Counted from the first letter of the stretch, positions 47,002 to 57,149 are shown. The stretch is DNA of 64,000 nt from Erysipelotrichaceae bacterium (GCA_034932745.1 JAYFOJ010000001.1:596-64595), one strand, 5' to 3'. Made by a program: numbers and translations. The notes: generated by a model from the letters alone, not told the origin.

Positions 47002-48404
47002 ACAAATACGGAATTATCTTAGGAGCGGGAAAAGGAACCCGCATGCATTCGATTAATGACGAAGTGAACAAAGTTGCTTACCCAATACTCGGCAAGCCCA
47101 TCATCGATTATGTAATCGACGCAGTAAAACCATTAGAATTAAGCGATTTAATTGTCGTCGTTGGTCACGGTGCGGAATCTACAAAAAAAATCGTTTCCAA
47201 TAAAGCAAAAGTTGTTCTTCAAGAAGAAATAATTGGTACAGGTAACGCTGTTTTAAAAGCAGAAAAATATTTGAAAGACAAAGCTGGTGCGACAATCGTT
47301 TTATATGGTGATACACCACTACTAACGCCGATTACTCTTGGAAAGATGCTAAAGAAATTTGAAAAAGATGGTAATGATTTAACGATACTAACCTCAGTTA
47401 TTGAAAATCCAATTGGATATAACAAAATTATCCGCGAAGACAAGACTGAAAGAATATTAAAGATTAACGAAGTAAAAGAAACTGTTCAGCACGATTACAT
47501 GGTTACAGAGGTCGACGCTGGTGTTTATATCTTTGATAATAAATTATTATTCAAATACTTGAACAAACTTAAACCGGATTCCGATCATGGCGAATACTCA
47601 TTAATATCAATCGTCGAGATGATTGTTAATGACGGATATTTCGTGGAATCATATATCGTCGAAGACCGTCAGGAAGTGTTTTCAATTAATGACCGTTTTC
47701 AATTAGCGTACGCCGGCAAAGTCGTTCGCAAAAGAGTCAACCAAAAACTTATGTTATCTGGCGTATCGATCGAAGATCCAGATGCAACTTATATCTCGCC
47801 AGATGTGACAATCGGCCCAGACACAATTATTCACCCCAATTCTATTATTCTTGGTAATACAGAAATTGGTCACTCGAATAGCATAGGACCAAATATCTAT
47901 CTCCAAGACTCTAAAATTGGTAACAACAATAACATTGTCTTTAGTCACATTGTAAACACCACCATCAAAGACAATTCCGTTATTGGTCCATTCGCGAGAT
48001 TAAGAGATGGAACTGTAGTCGAAGGAGATGCTCGTATCGGCAACTTTGTCGAAATGAAGAACGCACATCTAGAAAAGGGTGTTAAATCTGCGCACTTAAG
48101 TTATATCGGAGATACTCATGTTGGAGAAAAAACCAACATTGGATGCGGTTCTGTGACTGCTAATTACGACGGCTATAATAAATTCCATACGGAAATTGGC
48201 AAAAACTGTTTTATCGGTTCAGGGACGATTCTAATCGCTCCGATTACAGTCGAAGATAATGGTTTTACCGCCGCGGGTAGCACAATCACAAAAGATGTCC
48301 ATGTCGATGAATTAGCAATCGAAAGATCGGAGCAAGTTAATATTCCTCATGGTGCAAGTCGTGTTCTAGCAAAGGCAAAAGCCAAAAAAGACGGAGCCAA
48401 GTAA
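46998..48404 (+). CDS. glmU: Bifunctional GlcNAc-1-P uridyltransferase / glucosamine-1-P acetyltransferase
   Basis: LGAGKGTRM, LYGDTPL, hexapeptide repeats, GPFARLR, GNFVEMK, HLSYIGD, NYDG. Confidence 0.92.
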   Translation: MNKYGIILGAGKGTRMHSINDEVNKVAYPILGKPIIDYVIDAVKPLELSDLIVVVGHGAESTKKIVSNKAKVVLQEEIIGTGNAVLKAEKYLKDKAGATIVLYGDTPLLTPITLGKMLKKFEKDGNDLTILTSVIENPIGYNKIIREDKTERILKINEVKETVQHDYMVTEVDAGVYIFDNKLLFKYLNKLKPDSDHGEYSLISIVEMIVNDGYFVESYIVEDRQEVFSINDRFQLAYAGKVVRKRVNQKLMLSGVSIEDPDATYISPDVTIGPDTIIHPNSIILGNTEIGHSNSIGPNIYLQDSKIGNNNNIVFSHIVNTTIKDNSVIGPFARLRDGTVVEGDARIGNFVEMKNAHLEKGVKSAHLSYIGDTHVGEKTNIGCGSVTANYDGYNKFHTEIGKNCFIGSGTILIAPITVEDNGFTAAGSTITKDVHVDELAIERSEQVNIPHGASRVLAKAKAKKDGAK

Positions 48405-48655
48405 TGTTAATAATTGATTGTTTTGGTAAAAACATCTACATCGATGAAGAACTCGTCGGTTATATTGGAGAAAATGTTCTTTATATTAAAGGACAAAAGT
48501 TCGCCGATATAACAGATCATGGAGAAATATCGATGGGAGATAAAAGAGTTGGATATGTCGAAGATGATGGTTCAATAATTATCAACAATCGAGAAGTAGG
48601 TTATATCGACGGCGAAAACAATTTCGTCTTCAACGAATCTCTTGCTAAAAAATAA
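48404..48655 (+). CDS. Small acidic hypothetical beta-repeat protein
   Basis: TAATG coupling to glmU; four ~15-aa repeats (LVGYI, KFADI, RVGYV, EVGYI). Confidence 0.75.
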   Translation: MLIIDCFGKNIYIDEELVGYIGENVLYIKGQKFADITDHGEISMGDKRVGYVEDDGSIIINNREVGYIDGENNFVFNESLAKK

Positions 48656-48659
48656 CAAG

Positions 48660-48730
48660 AAGCCTTCTAGAAATAGAGGGCTTTTATTATGGCAACAAAA
48701 AACACCCAACGAATTAACGAAGGGTGTTTA
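48660..48730. terminator. Two adjacent terminators between convergent operons
   Basis: AAGCCTTCTA-GAAA-TAGAGGGCTTTT, and AAACACCC...GGGTGTTT. Confidence 0.7.
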
Positions 48731-48745
48731 TTTTATTTGTGGAAC

Positions 48746-51382
48746 TTATTTCTTCTTGCTGTTATTAATAGCAGCTTGTGCGGCAGCAAGACGAGCGATT
48801 GGTACGCGGTATGGCGAGCAAGAGACATAGTCTAAACCTGCTCTATGGAAGAAGTCGATTGAGAGTGGATCTCCACCGTGTTCACCACAAACTCCAATGT
48901 GAAGTTCTGGATTGACGGCGCGACCGTCTTCGACAGCCATCTTAATCAATTTGCCGACACCTTTTTGGTCGACGTGGGCGAATGGATCTTGTTCGAAGAT
49001 CTTATTTGCGTAATAGTCTGGTAAGAATTTGCCAGCATCATCGCGTGAGAATCCATAAGTCATTTGAGTTAAGTCGTTAGTTCCGAAGGAGTAGAACTTA
49101 GCTTCTGGAGCGATTTCGCTAGAGAGTAAGGCAGCCCTTGGAATTTCAATCATCGTTCCGACATGATAAGTTAAATCAGCCTTATTTTCAGCGATAACTT
49201 TATTTGCTTCTTCTTCGATAATTGCTTTAACAAACTTAAATTCTTTAATATCTAAAGTGAGTGGGACCATGATTTCAGGAATTAGTTTCTTTCCTAAATC
49301 TTTTTGAGCCTTGATAGCGGCTTCAATGATAGCGCGAGCTTGCATACGTCCGATTTCTGGATAAGAAACGTCAAGACGGCAGCCACGGTGACCCATCATT
49401 GGGTTAAATTCGTGTAAATATTCAATGCGATCTTTGATGTGTTCGACACTCAAGTGCATTGCTTTAGCGAGTTCGTCGATCTTCTCTTCTTCTTGTGGTA
49501 AGAATTCGTGTAGAGGTGGATCTAGTAAACGAACGTTGACGTTCATTCCCTTCATCGCCATGTATAATTCGTAGAAATCTTGTCTTTGATATGGAAGAAG
49601 TTCATTTAATGCAGCTTCTCTATCAGCAACTGTTTCTGCAAGAATCATTTTTCTCATGTGGAAGATACGATCTGGGTTGAAGAACATATGTTCAGTTCTG
49701 CATAGGCCGATACCTTCAGCACCAAATTTAGCAGCTGTATTAGCATCTTTTGGTGTGTCTGCGTTAGCGCGGACATGTAGTTTGCGGTATTTGTCTGCCC
49801 ATTCCATGATTCTCTTGAAGTAACCACCGAGTTCAGGATCAACTTTCTTAATGGCGCCAGCGTAGACACAGCCAGTACCTCCATCAATTGAGATGACATC
49901 TTGTTCGGTATAAACTTTACCACCTAATGTCAAGGTGTGTTTTTCTTCATCGATTAATGCATCAGAGCATCCAGCGACGCAGCATTTGCCCATTCCACGA
50001 GCAACGACGGCTGCGTGTGAGGTCATACCACCACGTTTGGTGAGAATACCTTCTGAACTAACCATTCCGTCGATATCTTCTGGTGAAGTTTCAGCACGGA
50101 CGAGAATAACTTTTTCGCCTTTTTCTTTACGAGCCTTAGCTTCTTCAGCGGTGAAGGCAATTTTTCCTGTCCCTGCTCCTGGTGACGCTGGTAAACCAGT
50201 ACCGATTGGAGTGGCTTTCTTAATTGCTTCAGGATCAAAGCTTTGGTGCAATAAACTATCGAGTGATTGTGGTTCGACACGGCAAACTGCAGTTTTTTCA
50301 TCGATTAAGCCTTCGTCGACTAGGTCGCAGGCAATCTTTAAAGCAGCAGCAGCGGTTCTTTTACCATTACGGGTTTGTAAGAAGTAGAGTTTTCCGTCTT
50401 CGACGGTGAATTCCATATCTTGCATGTCTTTATAATGGCCTTCCATCAATTTAATTGTCTCGACGAATTGTTCGTAAACCTTTGGCATTCTAATCTTGAG
50501 CTCTTCAATGTGAAGAGGAGTACGAATACCAGCGACAACGTCTTCGCCTTGAGCATTTGGTAGATATTCAGCAAAAATTGCTTTTTCTCCAGTGGATGGT
50601 GAACGCGAGAATGCAACACCTGTGCCTGAAGTTTCGCCTTTGTTACCGAAGGCCATTGATTGAACGTTAACGGCAGTACCCCAAGCGTAAGGAATGCTGT
50701 TCATCTTACGATAGGTGTTAGCGCGTGGGTTATCCCATGATCTAAAGACTGCTGTAACGGATTCGATTAATTGAATGTATGGATCAGTTGGGAAATCTTC
50801 GCCAAAGACCTTTTTGTAATAAGCTTTGTATCTAGCGACTAATTCCTTGAGTTCTTGAGCGGTTACTTCGGTGTCTAGCTTATAACCTCTCTTCTCTTTG
50901 AGTTCTTCAAGCATCTTGTCCATCTCTGTTCTTGGATGTCCTTTAGCGATGTTTGTGAACATGAGGATGAATCTGCGGTAGCAGTCCATCGCGAATCTCT
51001 CGTTATTTGTTTCTTTAGCTAAAGCCGCACAAGTAACATCATTTAAACCTAAGTTTAGAATGGTATCCATCATGCCTGGCATACTAACTCTAGCGCCTGA
51101 ACGAACGCTGACGAGAAGTGGATTGTGATTTCCACCAAAGTTTTTACCTGTCTTCTTCTCAATGCCGTGAACTGCGGCATAGATGTCTTTGACTAGGGCT
51201 TCTGGTAATTTCTTACCTTGTTCGTAGTACAAAGTGCAAGCTTCAGTGGTAATTGTGAAACCTTGTGGAATCGGAACGCCAATATGCGTCATTTCCGCTA
51301 AGCCAGCACCTTTACCGCCAAGAAGTTCCTTACCTAGACCGTAGGCTTCTTCGAAGGGGTAAACGTATTTTTTGTCTGACAT
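48746..51382 (-). CDS. ppdK: Pyruvate phosphate dikinase
   Basis: LLGGKGAGLAEM, PLLVSVRSGA..SMPGMMDT, GGMTSHAAVVARG (phospho-His), GLCRTEHMF, SFGTNDLTQ, GVCGEHGG. Confidence 0.98.
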   Translation of the reverse strand: MSDKKYVYPFEEAYGLGKELLGGKGAGLAEMTHIGVPIPQGFTITTEACTLYYEQGKKLPEALVKDIYAAVHGIEKKTGKNFGGNHNPLLVSVRSGARVSMPGMMDTILNLGLNDVTCAALAKETNNERFAMDCYRRFILMFTNIAKGHPRTEMDKMLEELKEKRGYKLDTEVTAQELKELVARYKAYYKKVFGEDFPTDPYIQLIESVTAVFRSWDNPRANTYRKMNSIPYAWGTAVNVQSMAFGNKGETSGTGVAFSRSPSTGEKAIFAEYLPNAQGEDVVAGIRTPLHIEELKIRMPKVYEQFVETIKLMEGHYKDMQDMEFTVEDGKLYFLQTRNGKRTAAAALKIACDLVDEGLIDEKTAVCRVEPQSLDSLLHQSFDPEAIKKATPIGTGLPASPGAGTGKIAFTAEEAKARKEKGEKVILVRAETSPEDIDGMVSSEGILTKRGGMTSHAAVVARGMGKCCVAGCSDALIDEEKHTLTLGGKVYTEQDVISIDGGTGCVYAGAIKKVDPELGGYFKRIMEWADKYRKLHVRANADTPKDANTAAKFGAEGIGLCRTEHMFFNPDRIFHMRKMILAETVADREAALNELLPYQRQDFYELYMAMKGMNVNVRLLDPPLHEFLPQEEEKIDELAKAMHLSVEHIKDRIEYLHEFNPMMGHRGCRLDVSYPEIGRMQARAIIEAAIKAQKDLGKKLIPEIMVPLTLDIKEFKFVKAIIEEEANKVIAENKADLTYHVGTMIEIPRAALLSSEIAPEAKFYSFGTNDLTQMTYGFSRDDAGKFLPDYYANKIFEQDPFAHVDQKGVGKLIKMAVEDGRAVNPELHIGVCGEHGGDPLSIDFFHRAGLDYVSCSPYRVPIARLAAAQAAINNSKKK

Positions 51383-51460
51383 ATAGTCCCTCCTTATATG
51401 TTTTCTTAAGGGCGAATAATCTTATTCGCACTCGCGAGTTTAATATTATCATAGATAATA

Positions 51461-51497
51461 CAAAAAATACTAGGAGTTTGATGTTCGCTCCTAGTAT
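51461..51497 (-). terminator. Intrinsic terminator after the ABC transporter operon
   Basis: ATACTAGGAG-loop-CTCCTAGTAT followed by TTTTT on the minus strand. Confidence 0.8.
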
Positions 51498-51527
51498 GTA
51501 TTGATATTTATCCAGTGAATTGACTTG

Positions 51528-53444
51528 TTATTGACCTTTAGTATCAACAACCAGTTCGGGTTTAGCCATTGGATTAGAACCAGAGAATTGAGCATTATAT
51601 AAATCGGCGTAGAATCCGCCTTTTTCTAGTAATTCTTTGTGATTTCCGGCCTCGACGATTTGTCCTTTGTTCATAACAATAATTGTTTTAGCGTTTTTAA
51701 TCGTCGACAAACGGTGGGCGATTATAAAGCTAGTTCTATTTACCATCATTTTATTCATCGCATCTTGAATCATCATTTCCGTTCTAGTATCAACAGAAGA
51801 AGTCGCTTCGTCTAGAATCAAAATCTTTGGCTGTGAAACGATGGCACGTGCAATAGTTATTAACTGTCTTTGACCTTGAGAAATATTGGTTCCATCTTCA
51901 TTTAAAACGAAATCATATCCTCCAGGGAGAGTGGAAATAAAGTGATGAGCGTGTGCTGCTTCTGCTGCTTCGATTATATCTTGATCGGTCGCTTCTTTTC
52001 TCCCGTATCTAATATTCTCTTTGATAGTCCCATTAAATAGCCATGTGTCTTGCAAAACCATGCCCATAGAACCTCTTAATGCTCGTCTCGAGTAATGTCT
52101 AATATCGTTATTATCTAAAACAATTGAACCAGCGTCGACATCGTAGAAACGCATAATCAAATTAACGATTGTGGTTTTCCCTGCGCCTGTTGGACCGACA
52201 ATTGCGATACTGTCTCCTTTATTAACAATAAGATTCATGTTTTTAATCAATTCTTTGTCTTTTACATAAGAGAAATCGACATTTTTAAAATTAATATTTC
52301 CTTCAATTGAATCTTCTGAATCGATGCAATCAGCATCTTCTTTTGGTTCTTCAATGGCATCCATTAATTCGTAAATGCGATCAGCAGAAGCCATAACTAA
52401 TTGAATTGTAGAAGCAATCTCGCCAATTTGTTGGAAAGGTTGTTGGAACATTTGCAAATAGGAGAAGAAAATAATGACGGTACCAATTTCTGAAATAGGA
52501 TTGCTACTATTATTAATAATAATGGCGCCGATAACGGATACGGCAACATAACCGACATTGTTAACAAACCTCATCGCTGGGAAAATAAGCGAAGACAACC
52601 AGTGTGACTTCCAGTCGGCCTTTTTCATCCAGTCAGATAACTCATTAAAACGTTTCAGTGAATCTGCCTCTTTGTTAAACAGTTTTACGACTGTAAATCC
52701 AGAATACTGTTCTTCAGCATGACCCTCTACTTCTCCGAGTCTAGTTTGATAGGCAATATATTGTTTTTGCGAATTTTTGACAATAACAAAAGTAATGATG
52801 ATATCAAGAGGTAAAACCGCCATTACAATTAAAGCTAATTGCCAAGAAACGATAAACATTGCAATGACAACGCCAATAAATAAAGCAATTCCGGATACTG
52901 TTTGGTTGACAATTGTCGACATAGTCGAAGAAATATTGTCGACATCATTGGTGCCTCTAGATAACAATTCACCAACTGTTTTTGAATCAAAATAACTTAA
53001 AGGTAAACGGTCCAATTTCGCTTTTACTTGTTGTCTCATTTCAAAAGCATATTGGGCAGATATCTTTACTACTATCCACTCCGCAAGCCACGAAATAAAT
53101 GAAGATAATGCATAAAAACCAAGTATTACCCCAAATGTCTTCCATAATTCAGTCCATACCACAACGAGGTGATTGGTGGCGTCGAGGACAATATACGTGC
53201 CTGCAAATGTCGTTCCAGATTTAAAGGCGTTTCCAACACCTTGCATATCAAGCGCAAAACCATTAATTAAGTTCTTCAAGAATATTGGTGAAACAACGGC
53301 TAAAACAGCAGAAATAATAAGAATTAATATAACAAAAATGAAAGCTGGTAGTTGTGGTTTAAATTGACCAATTAACCTCGTAAGGGTCTTCTTAAAGTTC
53401 TTTGGTTTATCTTTGCCGCGTCTACTCATCGGATTGTGTGGCAT
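51528..53444 (-). CDS. Heterodimeric ABC exporter, subunit with consensus Walker B and H-switch (TM288-like)
   Basis: TMD plus NBD; GPTGAGKT, ISQGQRQ, ILDEATS, IAHR. Confidence 0.93.
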   Translation of the reverse strand: MPHNPMSRRGKDKPKNFKKTLTRLIGQFKPQLPAFIFVILILIISAVLAVVSPIFLKNLINGFALDMQGVGNAFKSGTTFAGTYIVLDATNHLVVVWTELWKTFGVILGFYALSSFISWLAEWIVVKISAQYAFEMRQQVKAKLDRLPLSYFDSKTVGELLSRGTNDVDNISSTMSTIVNQTVSGIALFIGVVIAMFIVSWQLALIVMAVLPLDIIITFVIVKNSQKQYIAYQTRLGEVEGHAEEQYSGFTVVKLFNKEADSLKRFNELSDWMKKADWKSHWLSSLIFPAMRFVNNVGYVAVSVIGAIIINNSSNPISEIGTVIIFFSYLQMFQQPFQQIGEIASTIQLVMASADRIYELMDAIEEPKEDADCIDSEDSIEGNINFKNVDFSYVKDKELIKNMNLIVNKGDSIAIVGPTGAGKTTIVNLIMRFYDVDAGSIVLDNNDIRHYSRRALRGSMGMVLQDTWLFNGTIKENIRYGRKEATDQDIIEAAEAAHAHHFISTLPGGYDFVLNEDGTNISQGQRQLITIARAIVSQPKILILDEATSSVDTRTEMMIQDAMNKMMVNRTSFIIAHRLSTIKNAKTIIVMNKGQIVEAGNHKELLEKGGFYADLYNAQFSGSNPMAKPELVVDTKGQ

Positions 53445-55267
53445 TATTCTTCACCTCCTTCATTTGCAGGATGAAGTAATACATTTTTCTTCATCGCTCT
53501 AGTCTTTTTGATATCGTCTTCATCTAATTGAGACATTACGATTTGTTCGTACACTGGACAATTTTCTAGTAAGTCGTCATGTTTGCCTTGGCCTACAATA
53601 ACGCCTTCGTTTAACACCAATATATTGTCTGCATCCATGATTGAAGAAACTCTTTGTGCGACGACGATAAATGCGGAATTTTTAATGTATTTTTTAAGTG
53701 CCATTCTCAGTTTTATATCAGTTCTAAAATCCAGAGCAGAGAAAGAATCGTCAAAAATATAGATCTCTGGTTTCTTTACTAGAGCCCTTGCAATTGCCAA
53801 TCTTTGTTTTTGTCCACCAGAGAAGTTTTTTCCGCCTTGTGAAACCTCTGATAAAATTCCGTTCTCTTTTTTGCTAACAAAATGCGCTGCTTGTGCAATC
53901 TCGAGAGCCTCATTAAGTTCTTCTTCGGTAGCATTTGGATTTCCATATAAAAGATTATCTTTAATTGTACCAGTGAATAAACGAGCTTGTTGCGGAACAA
54001 AACCGATTTTATCTCTTAAATCTTTTTGTCGATATTCTTTGACGTTAACGCCATCGACAAGTATTTCGCCAATTGTCGTGTCGTAGAATCTAGGAATGAG
54101 ATTAATAATCGACGATTTGCCACTTCCAGTGGAACCGATTATCGCAGTAGTTTGTCCAGGTTTTGCAGAGAAATTGATATCTTTAAGCGTAGGTTCAGCA
54201 GCGCCAGGAAACGTGAAAGTCACGTGTTTGAATTCGACATTTCCGCGTTCTTTTATTGTCGAAACATCAATTGGAGTGTCGGTATCTTTAATTGATAGTG
54301 GAGTATCTAAAACCTCCCAAATGCGCTTCGCACATGCTGACGCTCTTGGTAATTGAATAAAAACAATACCGAGCATCAAGAACGACATCATTATGTTCAT
54401 CGAGTAACTAGAAATAATCGAAATGTTAGTTATAGTTTCAGCTTGCGCCGCTCCAAATGCTGCGCCATCTAAAATTCCAAAGCCAACAAAGAAAATAGCT
54501 AGATAAGTTATATTGAATACGATATTTATTACTGGGTTAATATAAGAGAATGTTCGGCCTACTTTAATAATGATATTAGTCATGTCTTGGTTTTTCTCTG
54601 TAAAACGAGCATATTCCTGGTCTTGTTGATTAAAAGCCCGAATAACTCTGACCCCAGTCAATCCCTCTCTTAAAACCATTGTTACGTTATCTAATTTGGT
54701 TTGCATTTTTAAGAATAATGGCGATGCGACCATGAATGTGACAATAATCGCAATAATGAGAATTGGACTTGTGACTGCAAAGACTAAGGAAATTACTGGA
54801 TCTGTGCTAAAAGCTTGTCCAATAGCAATTACCAGCATCACAGGAGAAAAAACCACCGTTCTTTGGAACATCATGTATGTTTCCTTGACTGTATTAATGT
54901 CATTTGTAGTTCTCGTTAGTAACGAAGCTGTTCCAAAACGATCGAATTCGGTAAGAGAGAAATGCATGATTTTGTTAAAAATCTGTTCGCGAATATTTCT
55001 TGCGTAAGTGGCACCTAGAATGGAATTAAGAATGCCTACCACTATCGCAGACGCAATAATCGCCATACAAAGGGCAATCATTTCGCCACCGATGCTTAAA
55101 ATTTCTCCAACGCGATCCACCGCTGGATCAGTACTTTGAAGGATTTTTAAAATAGAGCCCATTAAAAGGGGTAAAACTAGTTGCATGTATGCTTGCGCAA
55201 CCAAAAGGACCAATATAACGGCGATGGCCCACCACATCTTTTTTGTAAATTTTAGTAATTTAAGCAT
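53444..55267 (-). CDS. Heterodimeric ABC exporter, degenerate-site subunit (TM287-like)
   Basis: GSTGSGKS, FSGGQKQR, Walker B FDDSF (E to D), H-switch VAQR (H to Q). Confidence 0.93.
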   Translation of the reverse strand: MLKLLKFTKKMWWAIAVILVLLVAQAYMQLVLPLLMGSILKILQSTDPAVDRVGEILSIGGEMIALCMAIIASAIVVGILNSILGATYARNIREQIFNKIMHFSLTEFDRFGTASLLTRTTNDINTVKETYMMFQRTVVFSPVMLVIAIGQAFSTDPVISLVFAVTSPILIIAIIVTFMVASPLFLKMQTKLDNVTMVLREGLTGVRVIRAFNQQDQEYARFTEKNQDMTNIIIKVGRTFSYINPVINIVFNITYLAIFFVGFGILDGAAFGAAQAETITNISIISSYSMNIMMSFLMLGIVFIQLPRASACAKRIWEVLDTPLSIKDTDTPIDVSTIKERGNVEFKHVTFTFPGAAEPTLKDINFSAKPGQTTAIIGSTGSGKSSIINLIPRFYDTTIGEILVDGVNVKEYRQKDLRDKIGFVPQQARLFTGTIKDNLLYGNPNATEEELNEALEIAQAAHFVSKKENGILSEVSQGGKNFSGGQKQRLAIARALVKKPEIYIFDDSFSALDFRTDIKLRMALKKYIKNSAFIVVAQRVSSIMDADNILVLNEGVIVGQGKHDDLLENCPVYEQIVMSQLDEDDIKKTRAMKKNVLLHPANEGGEE

Positions 55268-55877
55268 TCGTGTTTTCCTTTCTAATGAATATATTCATCA
55301 ATATCTCCTGACTAGGAGCTTTGAATTCTTTCGCGCCTAAGTATATACGGTTATACGCTAATCCTCTTAAACACGAGAAGAAGACAATCGCGTATTCTCT
55401 TGGATCACCTTCTTCAAATATCCCTTCTTCTTGTCCTTTTTCGATTGTTTCAATCATTCTGTAAAACAATCGCTCTTTTTTAGGCTTTTTACCATTTAAT
55501 GGTTCTGGTATTTTCTTTTGAAAATTATAAGTTAAGAAGAAGAACACGATATACGCTGTGTCATCATCTGATTCCAATCTAGTTAAGTGATAATTGATAA
55601 TATCTCGTATGACAAACTTTGGTTTTTGACTGAAATCGATACTCTCGATATTCATTTCCCATTTTGTTTTTATGTATTTCATTAATGAATGAAACAAGTC
55701 ATCTTTAGAATTAAAGTAGTGATAAAAAAGACCATGAGAACATTTGGCGTCTTTTGTAATGTCATCAATTGACACTGAGTCGTATCCCCTAAGCGCAAAT
55801 AAATGAATCGCGCTATTTAGAATGTCGTTTACTCTTTTTTCTTGTACTTCTTGAAAATCTTCCTTGCTTCTTGGCAT
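55260..55877 (-). CDS. TetR/AcrR family regulator of the ABC exporter operon
   Basis: LFALRGYDSVSIDDI...SHGLFYHYFNSKDDL. Confidence 0.93.
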   Translation of the reverse strand: MPRSKEDFQEVQEKRVNDILNSAIHLFALRGYDSVSIDDITKDAKCSHGLFYHYFNSKDDLFHSLMKYIKTKWEMNIESIDFSQKPKFVIRDIINYHLTRLESDDDTAYIVFFFLTYNFQKKIPEPLNGKKPKKERLFYRMIETIEKGQEEGIFEEGDPREYAIVFFSCLRGLAYNRIYLGAKEFKAPSQEILMNIFIRKENTNA

Positions 55878-55889
55878 AAAAACCTTTCG

Positions 55890-55939
55890 TTGACTTGTTA
55901 GTCAATAAAAGATTGTATCACTAGTGATAGTGATGTCAA
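55890..55939 (-). promoter_or_regulatory. Promoter and candidate TetR operators
   Basis: TTGACA(55934-39)-16 bp-TACAAT(55912-17); palindromes TTGACT-TGTT-AGTCAA (55890-55905) and TATCACTAGTGATA (55916-55929). Confidence 0.72.
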
Positions 55940-55963
55940 TAAACTAGAGTTTACAATATTGTT

Positions 55964-57010
55964 TTATTGGTTAGCTGCTAATCTGCTCTTTTTAATCGAT
56001 TTAATGGACAAGTAATATACAAGAGCGGCCATTCCTACCAAAATTGCAAGCCCAAGAGATAGTTCGGCTTGCCATGGCATAAGATTCGTTGTGCTGGTTT
56101 GCCAAGTTGAGAAATACATGACAATTTTCGAATTATAGAATAGCGAGATAATAGATCCTGCGACGAAGCCAATAATTCCGTAATATGTTAGGACACGTGC
56201 TTTTTCTAAGCAGTATTTAAATAATTTGACGACAGTGAAGAAACCTACTATGAGACCAATGCCAATGAAAACGTAGATTCCGCCAGTATAAAGAACCATA
56301 TCCCAGGTTCCGTTTCCCTTTAATACTTCAAGCCAAACATTGATTGTCGATAAAACCGTATCGTAATACCCGAATATTAGTAATAGCATTGAGCCAGAAA
56401 TGCCTGGCAGAACAATCGCGATTGCAGTTATTACGCCTACAGGTATCAAAGTAAGATAGAACCACCATTGAATGTGCCCACCAGGAATCCATTGTTTGGT
56501 TATTGGGTCAATATTCATCGCGTTATAGATTAATTCATTAAGAGATCCAAAATGGAATTGGGTAAAAAGACCTGACACAATGCCGATTAATGCTGCGATT
56601 AAAGCGCATACTATCAACACAGTTATATATTTCCTTTTAACAGGTGCGCCCTTGATATTTTCTGTTAATAATGGAAAACCACCGAGAATTGTTCCACATG
56701 ATAAGCATGTAAAACCAAAGAAAAACAATTCGGTAGCTTTTAGCGAAAGCCAAGTGCAAGGCAAAAAACCGATTAAAAAACCAAGAATAAGTGGCAATAA
56801 CGATTTTAAATTATGCCAAAAATGTTTTTTAAGATTGCTCATGTGATCTAGGTGTCGATCATAAACGCCGAACATAGTGGCTAGTGTTCCGCCACTTCCA
56901 CCAGGAATCATCGAGGCGGCACCAATGGCAGCGCCACTACCAAAATCACGAAGGAATTCGCTTTTATTCTGTTTCATAGGGTTTTTCACCTCATCATTTC
57001 TTTTAGACAT
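55964..57010 (-). CDS. DUF368 family polyprenyl-phosphate transporter-like membrane protein
   Basis: Duplicated re-entrant motifs MIPGGSGGTLA and LPGISGSMLLL; multiple TM helices. Confidence 0.88.
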   Translation of the reverse strand: MSKRNDEVKNPMKQNKSEFLRDFGSGAAIGAASMIPGGSGGTLATMFGVYDRHLDHMSNLKKHFWHNLKSLLPLILGFLIGFLPCTWLSLKATELFFFGFTCLSCGTILGGFPLLTENIKGAPVKRKYITVLIVCALIAALIGIVSGLFTQFHFGSLNELIYNAMNIDPITKQWIPGGHIQWWFYLTLIPVGVITAIAIVLPGISGSMLLLIFGYYDTVLSTINVWLEVLKGNGTWDMVLYTGGIYVFIGIGLIVGFFTVVKLFKYCLEKARVLTYYGIIGFVAGSIISLFYNSKIVMYFSTWQTSTTNLMPWQAELSLGLAILVGMAALVYYLSIKSIKKSRLAANQ

Positions 57011-57149
57011 TAGAATTATAATATATAAAATTGACTGTCATTTCATTATCTTTCAAATATAGATTTCAGTTTCTTATTATATAAAAATGTCGTTTTATAC
57101 AAATGGTAGTCTAGTTTTCTAAATGATATAATAGCAAGCGAGGTAAGGA

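Noticed and set aside
49935-50387. 150-aa plus-strand ORF inside ppdK, and similar ones within gyrA and gyrB
   Set aside because: Antisense shadows expected from the biased codon usage of highly expressed genes.
53444-55267. Walker B E-to-D and H-switch H-to-Q as signs of a broken ABC transporter
   Set aside because: This is the normal degenerate site of TM287/288-type heterodimeric exporters.
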